From NCBI RefSeq assembly GCF_009914755.1, contig NC_060932.1: a DNA stretch of 64,000 nucleotides. One strand, given 5' to 3'. Within the stretch, counting starts at the first letter, position 1. Each line of letters opens with the position of its first letter. This DNA is from the human T2T-CHM13v2.0 reference genome, Homo sapiens. The notes below the pieces were generated by a model, which searched no databases, was not told the origin of the DNA, and saw only the letters and a program-made list of their open reading frames with translations. Made by a program: the position numbers and the translations under genes. Shown piece by piece: positions 56,200 to 64,000 of this stretch.

Positions 56200-59100
56200 T
56201 ATCTGGAATTTGTTTCTTTTCCACTGCATAGACTGGAATAGTACTCTTCTGGATTTTGGGACTGAAAAAAGGTCATTTCAAATTCTCACCCTTCTTCAAG
56301 TACATGGAATGTGGGTTTTATATGAAACAACAGTGTGTACATGGAGGACTAGGTGACATACCTTCTAAAACCTGTTTCAGTAGCAATTTTGCCCATGTTT
56401 ATTGACACTTATTACAATGAGAAAACATTTATAGCTTTAATATTCAAAATCCTTTTGTCACTTTCAGTTCCTTTGACATTTTAAAGTGACTGATTTATCA
56501 TGTTTTCAAACTAAAATCTTAGAAACGTATTTAGTTGTCTACTTTGAGTTAACCTGACTGTAGCTGGGGAGAATTTCCTTATCTCAAAAGTGGCAGGAAT
56601 GTGCCCTTGCTACAAATATTCTAGAGGTAGGACAGTTCAGAGAGTATGAAACTATTTCTTATTTGGGTGGAGAGTGTTTGATGATTTGTGAGTGATTTGA
56701 TGCCAGTGTAAGATCCAGAGTTGTGAATTACAGCAATTATTCGATGAGTTTAAGCTAAAGAAATAAAGAGACATCAGTATGTTGTAAAGAGAAAAGGGAA
56801 AGGGGAAAGTATAAAACTTGGAATTCCTTTGTGTTCTATATTAATTACAGTTCCTTTTAGTATGTATCTCCTTGGAAATGGAACCACAACACATTTGGAA
56901 TATCTTATACAGGATGGCAGCGAACAAGCTACTTAAGTAGTGGCCAAGAACAACCTGATGTTCTGAGCTACAAATTGAAAGTGAAGGTTACTTTCTTGTA
57001 GACTTTATCTTAAAGCAGTAAAACGGGTAACTGCAGCTACAACTGAAAGTATTGATTTTGTAATTTCAGCAAATTAAGAACAAGACAGAAAACCTATTAA
57101 ACCTTTCCACTGATTGCCAGGGTACTTTTTGGTGATTCTGAGGGTGACATTAAAGTTACATACACCTGTCCCTTTAAAGTAAAACATATACATTATATAG
57201 AATATGCTAAATGTAATTTTGGTAATTATGTGTGTTTTCACATTTTAAATGTGAAACTTGTAAAACCAGATACTATGAATGTCAAGCAGCATATCTAGTT
57301 TTCATAAAGTGGGGTTTAAGTTGGGTGTACATTTATTACATTTTAAAAAGTTAAATTTTTCACAGACCCAGAAGATTTTGTAATAAAAATGGAGAAACTC
57401 CAACAATATAGTATGTCAGAACATTTTGAGTAATGATTACCTAAAAATTTATTGCAAAGATAGCTGAAAAAATCATCAAATGATGTTCTTTGTGCACAAG
57501 AGTAAGACAAACCAATTTTATAGTTTTATGGAACACCTCAAACTTTTAAAAATGTAATTTTAAAAATTTTAAGTGAATATATTAAAATTTACATTCATCA
57601 CAATGTCAAAGAGGAAACTGGTGATAAAAAATGATAGTAAGACTGATAGTCTACAGTCAAAATAAATTTAGGAAATTTATCTTTTCTTTTCATACTAAAC
57701 CCAACCCCCAGGTATCATATTTTTAGTAGATAAAAAAAATTAGAGAAAATAAAATTTGAAAAAAAATTGGGATGGCAATTTTTGCAATTGAAGAAAAACT
57801 GCAACAAAAATCTCATAAATTATAAGAAAAATTGGAGTAATTTCAGGGTTAATTGACTCATTGATTCAACCATACATGGCTTTATTTACTTATTATTTAT
57901 TTATTTATTTATTTATTTTTATCTTTTAACTTTGCCTATTCACTGTATCAGTTTTGTCTTAATGCTTGTGATACAGTGCTAATATTTACATATAGACACA
58001 AAGATCTTCATCAGAAGAAAAGAATGATTTCTGCCTGTGCACCTCTTTTTAAGAACAAGAAAACCTTTCCCAGAATCACTCTAGAGTGATTTTCTTCCTG
58101 ACTCATTGAGCAAGATTCATCAAATTCTTACAACATCACTATTCTCTGGTAAGGTGAATGGAATAATCACAATTAACTTAGAATCCAATCATGATTAACA
58201 CAGGTTTAGGATGAGGACATTCCCTAGGGATACATGATTCTAGGAATGGAGTGTCTTCCTAAACCAAATCCAGGCTCTTCAGACTCCAGAGAGAAAAACA
58301 TTGATTTGGCATAGTCAACCCCAGAGTCTGCCAAAATGTTCATCATACATTAAGCCTGACTCATTTACAATAATATGCAATACTTTGGGAAGTTATCTAT
58401 AGTTGCGGTAGTGTAATCTAGACTTTACATTCATACACTAAAAGCTATATGAAAATTATCTAAAGTATCTGAAGAAACAGATAAAATTCTACCCATCTTT
58501 CAAAGAATAAATGTAAATAATATAGTATACCAATAGTTTATATAATTATTTGAATACTTTTGAAGCATAATAAAAATGGTATTCTAAAAATTTTACATAA
58601 CTTATAAGAAGATCTAAATAAATCGCTTGGGCATGTGTTTTGCAGTTTTTAAAAAACTCAAACACTTGACTTTTATTTACTCTTCTTATTTTTAGTCTAC
58701 TATATTGACACTTTCTCAAAAGTTTGTGAACCTACTGCTAGCTGCAGAATATGAGAATGTGCAGTTTTACTGATACACTGAAAAATATAATAAAGTTTCT
58801 GTAAATGGCAAGAGAGATTCTTTAGCGTTGAACTATTTTTGAAAAGGGAATGGTATAATCAATGATGTTTTCCTCCCAATTAAGAAGGTCAAATAGCACT
58901 AGACAGTATATTTGCAAATAAACTCATGCATGATACTGAAACATAATGTTTTTAAAACTTCCCTAACACCCATAAATCTAGTAGTTTTTTTTTTTTTTTT
59001 TATTTTCCAGAAGGGGAGTGAATTGGGAGGACTTAGAATTTTAGCCAGTACGTTACTTTGATCTATGACAGTCATGATTGGGATCCATTAGAATCAGCAT

Positions 59101-61399
59101 TTTTGATAAGGCATGAGCTTTATCTCACTTTGATTCATTTATTTGTTACTTCATGAGTAAATATTTATCTACTGGTTATTATGTGTCCAGTACTGAAATA
59201 AGCATTTCAAAAGACACAAAGATGAATAAAATAACTTTTCCTGCCTTTATAGATATTAGTGTCTACTAAACAAGATGAGATATAAATAAAGTAAATAGTA
59301 TGTAGTTCCCAGGAAGAGGAATGGTTAAGAAGAGTTATGGAAAGAGAGGTTTGTATCACAGTGGAGGATGAGAAATTGCCTTGTGGAAATAGGCCTGTTA
59401 CTTCCATAACTGACTTACAATCAGTGTTTCTCTGCTCCCTCATTCCCTTTAAACAATTGTCTACAATATGAGGCAATAAAACATATAATTTAAGAACATG
59501 ATGTGAAGTAAAGTTTTTTTTCATCATGTGGGGGAATTTTATAAATTTAAGTAAAATACAAATTTTACTTAAATATATAAAAGAGTATCAAAGAATACGT
59601 GTGCAAAAAGACAGACAAATGTCCATTCCTCAAAAATATAAAGAGTGGCCGTAGAATAGTAAAAATAGTTTCCAAAAATTGTTTTACTATATCTCAAGGA
59701 ATTATTTGTAAATGTTAGATTCGACAGTTAGGTGATTTTTATCTGAGAGATCATTTCCTTATCAAATAACGGTCCCAGAATTTCCTTGTTATAAATGATA
59801 TGCTAAACGTTATTAAATCATCAAAACAAAAAAAGGAGGTTTTGGTGTCAAAATATTATCTAAATAGAATTGTTTTTAGTTATGGATTTTTGTGAAATAG
59901 TAGTGTGAACCTTTCTGGTGGGTCTTATGTAATTATCATTTGATAAATTCTACCTGAAAATAACCCTTAGCTATCTGATGGGAGAAAACATTTTGTTAAG
60001 TGCCCTTGATAAGATTGTGATAAAAGGCAGGTTGTTAATTCTTGTAGATTCTTATACTGAATAATATCACCTCTGATCTACTCAAGTTAAATATTAATTG
60101 GTACAAAGATACACAATATATTCTAAATAAATGATGTAAAATATCATGTACAGACATAGAAAATAGAAAAAAAATTAAAATATGATCTCAATAAACTATT
60201 TCTGAAACATTCATATCAAAAGACTTCTAATCTGTAGACACAAATACAACCCAGATGGCACCTGATGTCAATATATTTAGCAAGTTATTTAATTTAAAGA
60301 CACATGTTTGAGACAGTCAGATAGGACTAAATTCATTTTGGGATTTGTAAATGCAAAATAAGTCTCCATTTTTCATGAGACAATAGGAGAAACTAGATCA
60401 TTGGCTAGTAGAAAAGGTTTTGACAGCCTAACTAACTAGCATTTCATTTATATTACTAAACATAACATTTTCAAGGCACCACAGAATGTAAATTGTGATC
60501 ATTGACCCAAAAGGGAAAAAGTGCTCAATTCAAGCCCTCTGCATTGGTCTATGTCAGATCATTGCTAGTATGACAAGAAACTTGTGTCATATTTTTCTAA
60601 ACTTTCAGCATTGCATGGATGCTACTTAAACTGCATACAGTCAAGGAAGACAAGAGAAAAAAGAAGAAAGAAAAAATCAAACTCTGATTTTTATGTCTTC
60701 AGATTATTTGATGTATTCTGGTGCATTTTAGTATAAAAATATTTCTAATTAACAGCAACAACAACAACAAAATCCTCTTCTAGTTCTAGACAGAACAGCA
60801 TGTACAATAATTATTTAAGGTTTTATCACAAAATGGAAAGTTCTCCCAGTAGACTCATTAAGATCAAGTTGTCAAATATGTGAATATCGGAAATAGCACT
60901 GTTACCAATGTTCTTGATAGATATCATTTAAAAAAAAATCAGAGACGAGGTCCAACTAAGTAATCAGAGGAGTGTTTCTAGTTGAAGCCCAATATGTCTC
61001 CAGAATTGTTTTCAACACAATACTTCAAACATTCATTACAATTCTATTACATTATTTAAAATTTATCATCCTAAAATTATGGCAAATATTAGTCCTGCAA
61101 GTGTTTAAAATATTGTTTTAGTGAATCTGTTGCTGTTTGTTATGTTTTGAATATTTAAAAACTTCCCATGTACATTTGCAAGTTAATTTTAGTAGGCTGT
61201 TGCGAAGAGTAAGAAGAATTAAAACTTGCAAAAAAATTAAAAAGCCTATTTGGAAGACAGACTATTAAAATAACTGTTAATTATATCATTATATAAATTG
61301 TACTTAAAAGTAATGTTTATTGGAAAACATTTAAAAATAAGAATGAACCAACAAAATATTAATTATTTGGTATAGTATGAGAACAGGTTAATCATTCCT

Positions 61400-63660
61400 T
61401 TTGGGTGTGAGGGTTGTAATGTTAAATCATGGGTCTGAATTAACAAAGCTGTCTGATTGACTTAAAAAAGCCACTGTGATTTGCTAGACAGCATGAAGTC
61501 TGGCAATTTAGAACCTTGGCAATTTTTTTTCTTACTAGAGTTTAGTAGGTCTGTAGAGCCATCTTTTGATTAATTCCCTAGTTCCTGAACGTACAAATGG
61601 AATAGACGTAATTGGCAACTGGTAACATCTCCACAATGGTCCCCTGACTCAGGGAATGAGGGTGGTTATGGGATAAAGGACTAACCTGGAAGCTCCTTTA
61701 AATCCTACCCTTTTTCTCCTACTACCTGTTTGCTTTCCTCTCCTTCTACGCTATATAATAGTAAACCAAAAGTAATTTCTTGAGAAAATCATTGAGAATA
61801 ATACCACCATTAAAAACCAAAGATGCCAAACATGATGATACCTATCACATGTCCACTTAATTCTCCTTTTGGTCAGTGCAAAATCCAGATGAATATTGGC
61901 AATGATTGCAGATTACCATTAACTTTAATAAGGACAATCAGAAGAACATGGTTGGTGGGATACTATTGTATTATCCTATTTTAAATTATTTATATCAACT
62001 CTTCTTTTTGTCATAATATAATTGGTAGGAACCTTGAACCTCTTGATATTCCACAAAACTTCATAGTGGTCCCTTTCTTTTATGACAATATGCTAATTGG
62101 ACTTGAGAAGCAAGAACTAATAAGTATACTAGTTACTTAGAAATGTATCAGCATGCTGGAGAGTGGGATAGTAAGCCAGCTGAATGTGCAAGATCCTGCC
62201 ATGTCCCTAAAACGGGATTCACTTTTCTGGGGCTTGTTGGAATAGACTTTCCAAAGGTAAAGGCAGTTAATGCAGTTTATGCTGCTCACCACAAAGAGTA
62301 AGACACAATGCTTGGTGAGAATTTTAACTTTGGAAGCAATATGTACTACACTTAGGTATACTGTTCTGACCCTTGTTTCGAGTAACTTACGAAGCTTCCA
62401 TTTTGAAGTGAGACACAGAAAAAAGAGAGAGCTCTTTAAATCCAGGCTGTTGTGTAGGCTCTAGGCTGTGTGAGACTTGGGGCTTAGGACCGATGATACT
62501 TCAAGTGTCTTTTGCATAGAGGGATGCTTCATAGAGACTCTGATAACTCCAATAGGAGAAACATTGGGAAGATCCATATTTTGGAGCAAAGCCTTGTCAT
62601 CCTCTGTCAGTAACAATTTTCTGTTTGTACAATGGTTATTTAAGGTTTTATCACAAAATGGATAAGCAGCTCCTGGCTAATGGTCCCTGTTAAAGACTGA
62701 ACGTATGACCATAGGGCAAATGAATATAAAATCTAAGATGCCTATCAAAATCTTGATGTTTTCTATTCCAATGAATTATTAAGTTGGCATGCAGCACTAC
62801 TAAATTGGAATGGCATGTGAGGGACGGGGTCCACATCTCTCCAGAAGACACATGTAAGTTACACAAGCAGTTGACTCAGACATTCATGATACTTTCCCTT
62901 ATTGCTTCATTACTTCATTGTCTGACTTCTTTTTTGACATTTGGACAATTTTTATGACAAGGTAGCAAAAAAGGAACATTTGAAGGCCTGGTTTACAGAT
63001 GTGTCTGCATGGAACATTGGCACTAGTCAGAATCTGATGTCTATTCTCCATGTTGCCCAATAGCTCCACCCCAGGGTAACCCTGAAAGATAGTTATGAAG
63101 GTAAATCTTCCTGGGGGCAGAGTTTTAAATAGTACATGTGAAGTGGGGTTTTCCCACAGGATGTGGTATATGCTTCATACCAGAAACCAATGGTGGTGCC
63201 ATTTCCACCATAGCCATACTCCACAAGGCTGGAAATTAAGGAATGGAGGTGGGAGTGGAATTGGAACTGGTAGCAACAGAGGCCTTTGTTTCCAAAGGAG
63301 GAAGTTTCCATGAAGGAACACAGCCATAGTGCCACTAAACTGGTGTTTGAGGCTGTTTTCTGTCCATTTGTGGTTCCTCATGCCTATAAATCAGTAGAGA
63401 ACAGGGTTACTAAGTTGGCCAGTATAATGAAACATGATTATTTTCTTATTAACATTAACATAAAATGTGCCACCTCAATAATGAATGAATGACTGAAGAT
63501 CTAGATTCTTTGGAAATAAATATTTGAGTCTCTCTACCAGGTAAAAAAACACATATGAATCAAGGTGTTGGCAGAGGTTAAGGGAAACGTAAGATATAAG
63601 GAAGCTGTAATTATCACCTCCACCCTTGACACCAGCTATTGAAGGAAATACTAGTAGTTA
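61400..63660 (+). mobile_element. Highly degraded ERVL-class internal region (pro-RT-RNaseH-deleted IN-dUTPase)
   Basis: Conceptual fragments match recalled HERV-L Pol: LDIPQNFIVVPFFYDNMLIGLEKQE at 62042 (YIDD region), SKALSSSVSNNFLF/DKQLL at 62585, AWFTDVSA at 62986 (RNase H), dUTPase-like 63280-63440. No intact ORF. Confidence 0.8.
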
Positions 63661-64000
63661 TGTCAAAATGTATGTTAAGAGTATTTTTTATGTTAAAAGA
63701 TACATTATTTTTAAACTCAGAGGAATTTTAACACATTAATTTAAAAATACAGGAACTGAAGCTAAGTAATATAAAGTAACCAATTTGTGGTCATACAACC
63801 AGTTTATGCCAGAACCAACATTTGCTGCCCTTTTGGCCCCTTTGTACCACATTATGCTGCTGCACTGAGAGTGATTGTTGAAGGAAGGTGAAAGAGGGGC
63901 CCTTTATGGCATGGGGCCACCAGCAAGGACACTGGTTGCCTGGTCTAGAGACAATAATGCATTCAGAATCTTTCTCCAGTGTGAGCTGCCAAGGTTAGTT

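Overview
AT-rich primate genomic DNA (AluJ/S/Y, L1PA/L1PB, THE1/MST, MLT2 and LTR12C indicate a catarrhine, probably human or ape, genome). It is intergenic or deep-intronic: I cannot support any protein-coding exon, tRNA, rRNA or CRISPR array. The longer ORFs in the track trace to Alu, L1, LTR or microsatellite sequence, and the rest look like chance short ORFs. Repeat names come from my recall of consensus sequences, not a database search, so subfamily calls and old-repeat boundaries are approximate. I found no new gene system. The most interesting signals are fossil records of DNA mechanics: (1) a chimeric LTR with a THE1 (MaLR) 5' part and an MLT2A (HERV-L) 3' part inside one perfect 5-bp target-site duplication, suggesting recombination between a non-autonomous element and its helper virus; (2) two independent, locally templated direct-orientation insertions (360 bp copied from 1.59 kb away into an L1; 34-37 bp copied from 1.8 kb away into an ERVL pol remnant); (3) a full-length CpG-rich LTR12C nested in a THE1/MST LTR; (4) two back-to-back palindromes inside an MLT2 LTR; and (5) CpG-retaining unique stretches that are candidate regulatory elements.
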